Part shown: positions 56,803 through 64,000 of the stretch, in pieces | Layout: every line of letters begins with the position of its first letter | Position numbering within the stretch: position 1 is the first letter of the stretch | NCBI GenBank assembly: GCA_049700315.1 | Contig: JBNAVN010000002.1 | Location: 22,002 to 86,001 of the forward strand | DNA from: a bacterium | GTDB taxonomy: Bacteria; Hydrothermota; Tepidihabitantia; SM23-42; JAOAFX01 | Length of the DNA stretch: 64,000 nucleotides | Reading direction: 5' to 3' | Notes under the pieces: generated by a model | What the model was told of the DNA's origin: nothing | Seen by the model: the letters and a program-made list of their open reading frames with translations, nothing else | The model's database searches: none | Made by a program: the position numbers and the translations under genes

Positions 56803-57577
56803 TTTTCAAAATTTAATAAAGCTTGTAGAAGAGAAAACCGGATTCAAATGCGGAAGTTATAAAGAAAAACCCCTGACCCGCCGAATAAGAGTTCGTATGC
56901 GCGCCCTTGGTTTTAATGAATTCTCTCAGTATCATGATTATCTTATCAATAATCCTGAAGAATTTGGAAAACTTCTTGATACGCTTACCATAAAACTGTC
57001 ATACTTCTTCAGAAACTCAGAAACATTTGAGTATCTGAAAAATGAAATTATGCCACGCCTGGCAGAAAATGAACAGATTACGATCTGGAGTGCGGGCTGT
57101 GCCCAGGGTGAAGAACCCTATTCACTGGCGATCATTGCTGCGGAATCAAACATCCTGGAAAAACTCGTTATTTATGCAACAGACATTGACGAACAAGCAT
57201 TGATGAAAGCCAGACAGGGGACTTATCCTTCGTTAGTTTTTCAATATACTCCCAAGCCATATATTGAAAAATACTTTATCAAGTGTAGCGATGGCTATCA
57301 GATAAAAGATAATTTAAAATCAGTTATTCAGTTCAGTCACCTTGACCTCTTTGATAATTTCCCGTTCGGATTATGTAATCTGATTATGTGCCGCAATGTT
57401 CTTATCTATATGGATCGCAGTGCACAATCAACCCTGGTGCGTAAACTTTACGAAACACTTAAACCGGGTGGTTATCTTGTCATTGGCAAAGTAGAACTTC
57501 TCCTTGGAATCCCTGAGGCAAAGCTATTTGAAATCGTTAATCGCTCGGAAAGGGTATATCAAAAAATTGATAGGTGA
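56792..57577 (+). CDS. cheR: protein-glutamate O-methyltransferase CheR
   Basis: N-terminal helical domain (LTRRIRVRMRALG); SAM-binding IWSAGCAQGEEPYSLAI; 261 aa. Confidence 0.85.
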   Translation: MEHSFQNLIKLVEEKTGFKCGSYKEKPLTRRIRVRMRALGFNEFSQYHDYLINNPEEFGKLLDTLTIKLSYFFRNSETFEYLKNEIMPRLAENEQITIWSAGCAQGEEPYSLAIIAAESNILEKLVIYATDIDEQALMKARQGTYPSLVFQYTPKPYIEKYFIKCSDGYQIKDNLKSVIQFSHLDLFDNFPFGLCNLIMCRNVLIYMDRSAQSTLVRKLYETLKPGGYLVIGKVELLLGIPEAKLFEIVNRSERVYQKIDR

Positions 57578-57603
57578 TATGAAACAAAACTTCCTCAAAT
57601 AAT

Positions 57604-58065
57604 ATGGCGATTGAACAGAAAGTTGGCATTGGTGAGATTATGATTGCACAGGGTGATGTAATCCTTTCTGCATACGGTGTTGGGTCCTGCGTTGTATTAA
57701 CATTCTATGATGCAAAAACCAAAACCGGCGGACTTGCTCACATCCTCCTTCCCCATGGTGCTGATGGCAGTTTTAAACACCCTAAAGGTGCAATTGAAGA
57801 AATGATAAAACAGTTCACAACCCGGGGCATAGATAGAAAACAGATTGTTGCAAAGATTGCCGGTGGTTCTACAATGTTCAGTGATTTAATACAATCATCT
57901 ATTGGCCAGCGAAATGTAACTGAAACCAGAGAACAGTTAAGGAAGTTTTCAATTACCCTGATCGCTGAAGATGTGTATGGCAACTGGGGCAGAACAATCT
58001 TCTTCAATCTCAACACGGGCGAAGTCTTGATAAAATCCTATCGTCATGGAGAAAAAGTCATTTAG
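57604..58065 (+). CDS. cheD: chemoreceptor glutamine deamidase CheD
   Basis: VGIGEIMIA...GVGSCVVLTFYD...GGLAHILLP matches the CheD signature. Confidence 0.8.
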   Translation: MAIEQKVGIGEIMIAQGDVILSAYGVGSCVVLTFYDAKTKTGGLAHILLPHGADGSFKHPKGAIEEMIKQFTTRGIDRKQIVAKIAGGSTMFSDLIQSSIGQRNVTETREQLRKFSITLIAEDVYGNWGRTIFFNLNTGEVLIKSYRHGEKVI

Positions 58066-59073
58066 ATGAAGAAAAAAATTCTTATTGTGGAAGATTCTGT
58101 GTTGATGCAAAGGGTGATTGCAGATATTATCCAATCATCGGGTGAATTTGAGGTGTGTGGTTATGCACGGGATGTTAATGAGGCATGGGCAAAATTTAGT
58201 AAGTTGAAACCTGATGTTATAACACTTGATTTTGAACTGCCCGGTGAAAACGGACTTGTATTTCTACAAAAAATTATGGGTATAAGTCCTACTCCGGTTC
58301 TGATGCTTTCCGCCCACACCAGACAGGGTGCAGATATTACAATAAAATCCCTCCAAATGGGTGCGATTGATTTCTTTCCAAAACCTTCTGGCCCCATATC
58401 AATTGACCTTTATGATTTTAAAGAGGAACTATTGTCAAAACTCAAAGGGGTTGCCAATGCAAATCTGAGACCGATTGTCTCAGTCACCAATATCAAGCCC
58501 GTGACAAAAAAATCCGAATATGTCATTGGAATTGCGTCTTCTACAGGCGGTGTCAAGGCATTAAATTTTTTGATATCATCTTTGAATAATGAACCCGGTT
58601 ATAGAATTATTGTGGTTCAGCATATGCCAAAGTTCTTTACTACAAGTCTTGCCATGCATCTAAATGAGAAAACAAGTCTTTCAGTAAAAGAAGCAACAAA
58701 TGGTGAGCCAATAGTGTCTGGAACTGTCTTTATTGCGCCGGGCGGAAATCACATAAAAGTTCATCCCTCAGGCAAAATGCTTGTTCTAACTGATGACCCT
58801 CCAAAATATGGTCTAAAACCCTGTGCAGATTTACTTTTTGAATCCATGGCTGAAACATTTAAGAACAAATCACTGGGTATCGTTCTTTCTGGAATGGGAC
58901 GGGACGGAACCGCGGGACTGAGAAGAATTAGAGCATACGGTGGTATTACAATTGCCCAGGAACCATCTGAAGCAACAATCGCAAGTATGCCACAATCGGC
59001 AATAGATGCTGGAGTCATTGATTATGTTCTGCCCTTGCGCTTAATACTAAATAAATTAGCAGAGATTGAATGA
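58066..59073 (+). CDS. cheB: protein-glutamate methylesterase/response regulator CheB
   Basis: REC domain (ILIVEDS, phospho-acceptor in VITLDFELPG); methylesterase Ser (IASSTGG), His (VVQHMP), Asp (GMGRDG). Confidence 0.85.
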   Translation: MKKKILIVEDSVLMQRVIADIIQSSGEFEVCGYARDVNEAWAKFSKLKPDVITLDFELPGENGLVFLQKIMGISPTPVLMLSAHTRQGADITIKSLQMGAIDFFPKPSGPISIDLYDFKEELLSKLKGVANANLRPIVSVTNIKPVTKKSEYVIGIASSTGGVKALNFLISSLNNEPGYRIIVVQHMPKFFTTSLAMHLNEKTSLSVKEATNGEPIVSGTVFIAPGGNHIKVHPSGKMLVLTDDPPKYGLKPCADLLFESMAETFKNKSLGIVLSGMGRDGTAGLRRIRAYGGITIAQEPSEATIASMPQSAIDAGVIDYVLPLRLILNKLAEIE

Positions 59074-59948
59074 TTATGATTGAAAAGATAAGACAACAGT
59101 TAAATGAACTTGCCAAATTGGTCAAGGAATATACCCCGGATAAAGAAAACAGGATTAAGGAATTGATAAGAAAGTTGTATATTGATATTGTCAATGAAAT
59201 GAAATATCTTAATCAAACCCAGGATGAACTGCACCGGCTTGCCCAAGAATTCCGCAATCGAAAAACGAGCAAAGTAGAAATGGATCGTTTTTACTCTTTT
59301 ATCAAGGCGCGCACATCACCCGAACTTGACATTGCTACACTCCTTGACCGTGCCTGGAATTTAATCGTAATGGAGGAATACGATGAAGCAACAAGTATTT
59401 TGAAGAAGGTTCTGGATATAGACCCCAAGAACATACGTGGTCTGGGTTTGATTGGCCTTACCTTAATGAACAAAGAAATGTACGATGATGCAATGCTTTA
59501 TTTTCAAAAGGTCATTTTGATCGAACCGGACAACCCATTTGCCCTTAATAATCTGGGTTATATTTGTTACAAGAAAGGTATCTGGGGAGAGGCGATTGAA
59601 CACCTGAGCAAAGTTGCGAAGCAAACAAAAGACAAAATGGCAAAACTATATGCCAATTATTACCTTGGGCTGGTCTATAGTGAACGGGGGATGACTGATG
59701 ATGCCATCAAATTCTTCCAGGAGGCGCTAAAACTTGGTCCCAACTTACAAGAAGTCTATTATTATCTGGGACTCGCCGAATTGAAAAGATATGAATTTCA
59801 TAAGGCAGTTGAATACTTTGACAAGTGTATCAAGATTGATATGGAATCAAAATATGGAAAACTTGCTGAGGAAGAAGCAAAAAAGATAAGGCCAATCCTT
59901 GAACCCGAAAAGATTTTGAAAAATAGAAATAAAGATGAATCTAAGTAG
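59070..59948 (+). CDS. TPR-repeat protein
   Basis: Multiple TPR motifs (ALNNLGYICYKKGIWGEAIEHL etc.); 4-nt overlap with cheB. Confidence 0.6.
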   Translation: MIMIEKIRQQLNELAKLVKEYTPDKENRIKELIRKLYIDIVNEMKYLNQTQDELHRLAQEFRNRKTSKVEMDRFYSFIKARTSPELDIATLLDRAWNLIVMEEYDEATSILKKVLDIDPKNIRGLGLIGLTLMNKEMYDDAMLYFQKVILIEPDNPFALNNLGYICYKKGIWGEAIEHLSKVAKQTKDKMAKLYANYYLGLVYSERGMTDDAIKFFQEALKLGPNLQEVYYYLGLAELKRYEFHKAVEYFDKCIKIDMESKYGKLAEEEAKKIRPILEPEKILKNRNKDESK

Positions 59949-60726
59949 CATTCTGGAACAAGTAACAAAAATTGTTGTCAATACCGGTGACCATATACAC
60001 CGTCTTTCAAATCAGAGAAAATACATATCCTACAAAGGTGTTGTAGACCTTGTAACCCAATTTGATAAGCTCGCCCAAACAAGGATTGTAACCTATTTAA
60101 GAAGAAATTTCCCAGAATACAGTATCTTGAGTGAAGAGAATTTCAGTCATAATACGAAAACACCAATGAAATGGCTCCTTGATCCACTGGACGGTACGAC
60201 TAACTTTGCCCACAATCTACCAATATGGGCAATTTCACTTGGTCTGGAAGTAGAAGGCAGAATTGTACTTGGGCTGGTCTATGATCCAACAAGAAAAGAA
60301 TTGTTCTCCGCAATCAAACGAAAAGGAGCATTTTTAAACAAGAAAAAGATAACTGTATCAAATACAAAAAAATTAAACCAGAGTCTTCTGGTAACTGGAT
60401 TTCCTTATGACATAAGAGAAAGCAAAGAGAATAATCTGAATTACTTTGCGCGATTTTGCATTTGTGCCCAGGCAGTAAGAAGATTGGGTTCAGCTGCCCT
60501 TGACCTGTGCTATACTGCCTGTGGCAGGTTTGATGGTTACTGGGAACTCAAATTATCACCCTGGGATCAGGCAGCAGGTTCATTGATTTTGACAGAAGCC
60601 GGTGGAGAGATCACTGATTTTAAGGGTCGTCCATTCACTATCTATGGCAGGGAAGTTCTGGGAACAAATGGATTGATCCATGAACAGATGATAAAAATCT
60701 TACAGGGTTCAGGGCACGGCAGTTAG
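59935..60726 (+). CDS. inositol monophosphatase family protein (SuhB-like)
   Basis: WLLDPLDGTTNFAH metal-binding motif; GSAALDLCYTACG. Confidence 0.8.
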   Translation: MNLSSILEQVTKIVVNTGDHIHRLSNQRKYISYKGVVDLVTQFDKLAQTRIVTYLRRNFPEYSILSEENFSHNTKTPMKWLLDPLDGTTNFAHNLPIWAISLGLEVEGRIVLGLVYDPTRKELFSAIKRKGAFLNKKKITVSNTKKLNQSLLVTGFPYDIRESKENNLNYFARFCICAQAVRRLGSAALDLCYTACGRFDGYWELKLSPWDQAAGSLILTEAGGEITDFKGRPFTIYGREVLGTNGLIHEQMIKILQGSGHGS

Positions 60727-60761
60727 ATGAAACAAGATTATGGTCTGCAATTTATAGCCCC

Positions 60762-60789
60762 TTGACATAAAACGAGATATTATTATAAT
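60762..60789 (+). promoter_or_regulatory. sigma70 consensus promoter TTGACA-N16-TATAAT upstream of 60806
   Basis: ttgaca 60762-60767 and tataat 60784-60789, followed by SD aggagg and ATG. Confidence 0.5.
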
Positions 60790-60805
60790 ATAGACAGGAG
60801 GCTCC

Positions 60806-61921
60806 ATGAAATCTATTATTGTTTTTTTAATGTTATTTGTGCCCTGGGTCGGTTTCTCAAATCCGTATATGATGGAGGTGATAAACGAATTTCAGACTGC
60901 CATCTCAGATTCACAAAGAATTGAATTTCGTTATTTCCAGATTCCTGCTTATGATACAATCTTTTTAGACCAGCCTCTCTTGAATGGAGTGATCACTACT
61001 CCAGCTGGCACTGCCTATATTGATACAGGAATAACCCTGCCAGGTTGTGGCTATGCAGTAATTGACACATCGGTACTAACCGGGTCTTTCAGTCTACCCG
61101 GGGACAGCGGATTTATTCATTCCTATCTTCCTTATTCCTGGGATAGTATCTGTTATCCCTGTTCCTCTTTTTCGTGGAAGCATCTGATAATCCCAGCACC
61201 ACCTGCAGGCGCATCTGCTGCAAAGTATCATTGTTGGTTATATGATAGTACAGAAGGTTATTTGTTGATTACTGATTGGTATATTGATTATACACCTACC
61301 TTCGGTTCTGATAATGATGATTATCCAGGGTGTAATATATCGGGTTATGTTTGTGAAAGTGGTTCTGGTTTACCGATTGTCGGAGCAACTGTTCAGGCAA
61401 TCCTGCCACCATATTATGAAGTTTGTAATTATGAACCGTATTACATTGCCTGCACAACACACACCCAATCTGACGGCTCATATTCACTGGATAGCCTCTT
61501 ACCACTACCTTATTATATAAATGTTTCAATTCCGGGCTATCAATCAATTAGCGATTCCGTTCCTGTTCTGCGTGCATTAAAACCATTGACCGGTTTCAAT
61601 TTTTATCTTGTTGGGATTGGAGAGAACAACACAGCACAGAGTCTGAGAATAAGAAATCCAGAGCTGGAAGTTTATCCAATTCTTTTCAGCAACAATCTGC
61701 TGATCAGGTTCTTGCCCGGTACAATGTCTGCCGGACAAAACAGGTATGATTTAAGAATCTATGATGCAACCGGCAGGCTGGTCAGGCAGTGGAATGTTGA
61801 AACAATAAGGCAAGGATACCAGGTTATCTGGGATGGTACTGATGATTTTGGCAAAGCGGTTTCCAAGGGTGCTTATTTCATCTGTATGGCGGACATCCGG
61901 GTAAAGGTGATTAGATTATAA
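60806..61921 (+). CDS. secreted protein with CarboxypepD_reg-like beta-sandwich and putative T9SS C-terminal domain
   Basis: Signal peptide; GYVCESGSGLPIVGATVQA; C-terminal ...DGTDDFGKAVSKGAYFICMADIRVKVIRL resembles the Por-sorting CTD. Confidence 0.5.
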   Translation: MKSIIVFLMLFVPWVGFSNPYMMEVINEFQTAISDSQRIEFRYFQIPAYDTIFLDQPLLNGVITTPAGTAYIDTGITLPGCGYAVIDTSVLTGSFSLPGDSGFIHSYLPYSWDSICYPCSSFSWKHLIIPAPPAGASAAKYHCWLYDSTEGYLLITDWYIDYTPTFGSDNDDYPGCNISGYVCESGSGLPIVGATVQAILPPYYEVCNYEPYYIACTTHTQSDGSYSLDSLLPLPYYINVSIPGYQSISDSVPVLRALKPLTGFNFYLVGIGENNTAQSLRIRNPELEVYPILFSNNLLIRFLPGTMSAGQNRYDLRIYDATGRLVRQWNVETIRQGYQVIWDGTDDFGKAVSKGAYFICMADIRVKVIRL

Positions 61922-61962
61922 CCAAGGATAGTTTTTTCCAGCTACTTCTGGCATTACTGCTT

Positions 61963-62472
61963 GTGATTTCCTTTGTCTTCTGCCAGAAAAGGGAACCCAT
62001 TGATTTTTGCAAAGAAGATATAAAGATTGAAATCAACAGAAACAAAGCAAGGGTTACCGGTACTTATTTTTTTAAGAACTTAACTCCATATTCCAAACGA
62101 ATAAAATTCTATTATCCATTCCCCGTTGACTCCAATTACCTGTTTCCTGATACAATTTTACTTGCTTATCCTTACGAAAAAGATACTGTAGGAATATATT
62201 TTACAATGGTGATTGAGCCGAACACTACGGATTCATTTACAATTGCCTATGAGCAAAAATTGAAAAATAATGTGTTCCGCTATATAACCACAACCACCAG
62301 GAAGTGGCACAGACCAATCAAGGAGGTAAGATTTACGGTGATTTTGCATCAAGATTTATCACCTCAAATCAATTACCAGATCACCAGAGAACAAACCATT
62401 GGCAACAATCGTTACTACATTATAAAGCAAGAAAGATTCTATCCGAGTGAGGACCTGATTATTAAATGGTAA
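61963..62472 (+). CDS. hypothetical protein (GTG start; N-terminus uncertain)
   Basis: 169-aa ORF; upstream in-frame LLLALLLVISFVFC suggests a longer signal peptide with an unresolved start. Confidence 0.35.
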   Translation: MISFVFCQKREPIDFCKEDIKIEINRNKARVTGTYFFKNLTPYSKRIKFYYPFPVDSNYLFPDTILLAYPYEKDTVGIYFTMVIEPNTTDSFTIAYEQKLKNNVFRYITTTTRKWHRPIKEVRFTVILHQDLSPQINYQITREQTIGNNRYYIIKQERFYPSEDLIIKW

Positions 62473-62501
62473 ATTTCAATGAATATAAATATTAACGGGA
62501 T

Positions 62502-63521
62502 TTAGCAGTTTGACAACTGGATGCTACCGATATTTCTTCTGAATGGCTTTCTTATTATCCCCTTTTCGGTTATGAATCCGTTAATCAATTCTGCAGGTGT
62601 AACATCAAATGCTGGATTACACACTTTTGCCTTCTCTGCAACAATACATCTGTTATTGAAATAGGCAATCTCACGCCTTTCACGAAACTCAATCGGTATA
62701 TCAGCACCTGATTTTATATTAAAATCAAATGTAGAAATTGGTGCAGCGACATAAAAAGGTATTCTGTAATATTTAGCAATGATCGCCAGGCCCCTCGTTC
62801 CAATTTTGTTCGCGGTGTCTCCATTACGGGCAATACGGTCAGCACCAACCAGAACCAGATTCATTTCAGGCATAAAAGATGCTGCCATATTATCACATAT
62901 CGTATGGGTCTCAATGCCGTTCTTGGTTAGTTCCCAGGTCGTGAGCCTTGCGCCCTGTAAAAGAGGTCTTGTTTCACAGGAATAGACTGAAAATTTCCTA
63001 CCCATTTCTTTCGCAGTGTATAGCACACCAAGCGCAGTGCCAATACCACTCGTTGCCAGTGCGCCTGCATTGCAATGAACCATTATCTTGTAACCATCTT
63101 TGATCAGTTTTGCACCAAGGTAGCCGATTTTTCTGCAGGCTACTTTGTCTTCTCTTTCAATTGCCTTTGCCTCCTCTAACAACGTTTTGTATAATTTACC
63201 TCTATTTCTTTCTTTTTTTATCAAAGCCTTCATTCGCTCAATTGCCCAGGCAAGATTTATGGCTGTTGGTCTTGCAGATTTCAAATATTCAGCATCTTTC
63301 ATTACTTTCGCAGGTGAATTGTCATAGGCTGATAATACCACACCATATGCGGATGCCACACCAATGAGTGGTGCACCCCGAATCTGTAAAGTCTTTATTG
63401 CTTGATAAACATCCTTTATGTTTTCTAATCGCCTATAAACTTCCTTATCAGGCAACTTTGTCTGATCAAGTATGATTATTTCATTCTTTCTCTGATTATA
63501 TACTATGGTCCTGAATTTCAC
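62502..63521 (-). CDS. mtnA: S-methyl-5-thioribose-1-phosphate isomerase (eIF-2B-like family)
   Basis: TLQIRGAPLIGVASAYGV and overall eIF-2B alpha/beta/delta-like fold; 339 aa. Confidence 0.75.
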   Translation of the reverse strand: MKFRTIVYNQRKNEIIILDQTKLPDKEVYRRLENIKDVYQAIKTLQIRGAPLIGVASAYGVVLSAYDNSPAKVMKDAEYLKSARPTAINLAWAIERMKALIKKERNRGKLYKTLLEEAKAIEREDKVACRKIGYLGAKLIKDGYKIMVHCNAGALATSGIGTALGVLYTAKEMGRKFSVYSCETRPLLQGARLTTWELTKNGIETHTICDNMAASFMPEMNLVLVGADRIARNGDTANKIGTRGLAIIAKYYRIPFYVAAPISTFDFNIKSGADIPIEFRERREIAYFNNRCIVAEKAKVCNPAFDVTPAELINGFITEKGIIRKPFRRNIGSIQLSNC

Positions 63522-63541
63522 TGCTAATTTGAAATCAAATT

Positions 63542-64000
63542 TTATGATATACCCGCATGTCTTTTTGCGGAAAGAATCGTATTATATAGAAGCATTGTTA
63601 TGGTCATTGGACCTACACCACCTGGCACAGGTGAAATAGCGCTTGCTTTCTTGCTCACCTCTTCAAATTCCACATCACCAATCAGTCTGAAGCCACTCTT
63701 CTTGGTTGAATCTTCTATACGGTTAACACCCACATCAATCACTACCGCACCTTCTCTTACCATCTCACCATTTACTGTATGTGGTCTGCCTGCAGCCACG
63801 ATAAGTATATCTGCCTGTCTTGTGTATTCTCCCATATTCTTGGTTCCTGTGTGACACATTGTTACGGTTGCATTTGCACCAGATCTTTTCTGAATGAGAA
63901 TCATTGCCAGAGGTTTCCCTACAATATTACTCCTGCCCACAATGACTACATGCTTTCCTGCTATTTCAATCCCATTACGCAACAACAACTGCTGGATACC
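63542..64000 (-). CDS. folD: bifunctional methylenetetrahydrofolate dehydrogenase/cyclohydrolase, C-terminal part (continues beyond window)
   Basis: [21 protein letters not shown]...CHTGT...[14 protein letters not shown]. Frame is open through the window end ([12 protein letters not shown]...). Confidence 0.85.
   Translation of the reverse strand, partial: GIQQLLLRNGIEIAGKHVVIVGRSNIVGKPLAMILIQKRSGANATVTMCHTGTKNMGEYTRQADILIVAAGRPHTVNGEMVREGAVVIDVGVNRIEDSTKKSGFRLIGDVEFEEVSKKASAISPVPGGVGPMTITMLLYNTILSAKRHAGIS

Noticed and set aside
1-64000. CRISPR arrays, rRNA or tRNA genes, transposases/integrases, prophage genes
   Set aside because: No direct-repeat/spacer periodicity, no tRNA-like cloverleaf sequences in the short intergenic gaps, and no recombinase or transposase motifs in any ORF; the window reads as contiguous chromosome.

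Overview
This is a gene-dense, AT-rich (roughly 38-40% GC by eye) bacterial chromosomal segment with short intergenic gaps and many 4-nt start/stop overlaps. No rRNA, tRNA, CRISPR array, transposase or integrase was recognised. Several secreted proteins end in T9SS-type C-terminal sorting domains (e.g. ...NGVYFAKINGCKSITKIVLVK). Together with a eukaryote-type histidine catabolism pair this suggests an uncultured FCB-group-like lineage. Core genes recognised are: glmS; recR-yajC; def-fmt-rsmB; truB; lpxA-fabZ; a mannose-family PTS (IIB, IIC, IID, HPr, EI) with an embedded GH57 glycosidase; hutI plus a fused formiminotransferase-cyclodeaminase; mtnA; folD (partial); tandem M42 peptidases plus an M23 peptidase; and a glycan/LPS-type cluster (two SDR epimerase/dehydratases, GT4, TPR, LptE-like, GT2-phosphoglycosyltransferase fusion). 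Accessory or unusual content: (1) a translationally coupled cluster Roadblock/LC7 - 634-aa protein with two tandem DnaA/Hda-type AAA+ modules - DUF4388/TPR - CheR - CheD - CheB - TPR, with no MCP/CheA/CheW/CheY in the cluster; (2) a tandemly duplicated module of an ExeA/MshM-like AAA ATPase plus a large TPR protein with an acidic Glu/Pro-rich core; (3) a radical-SAM/SPASM - flavodoxin - ferredoxin - MGMT - HDAC-like - SagB-type dehydrogenase gene run; (4) a secreted protein with an extraordinary Trp/Tyr/His/Cys/Asp-rich N-terminal block and a Lys/Glu/Arg-rich tail; (5) an unannotated 57-aa rubredoxin and a 31-aa hyper-basic peptide with a strong SD; (6) near-consensus sigma70 promoters sitting 5 nt from start codons (apparent leaderless mRNAs).
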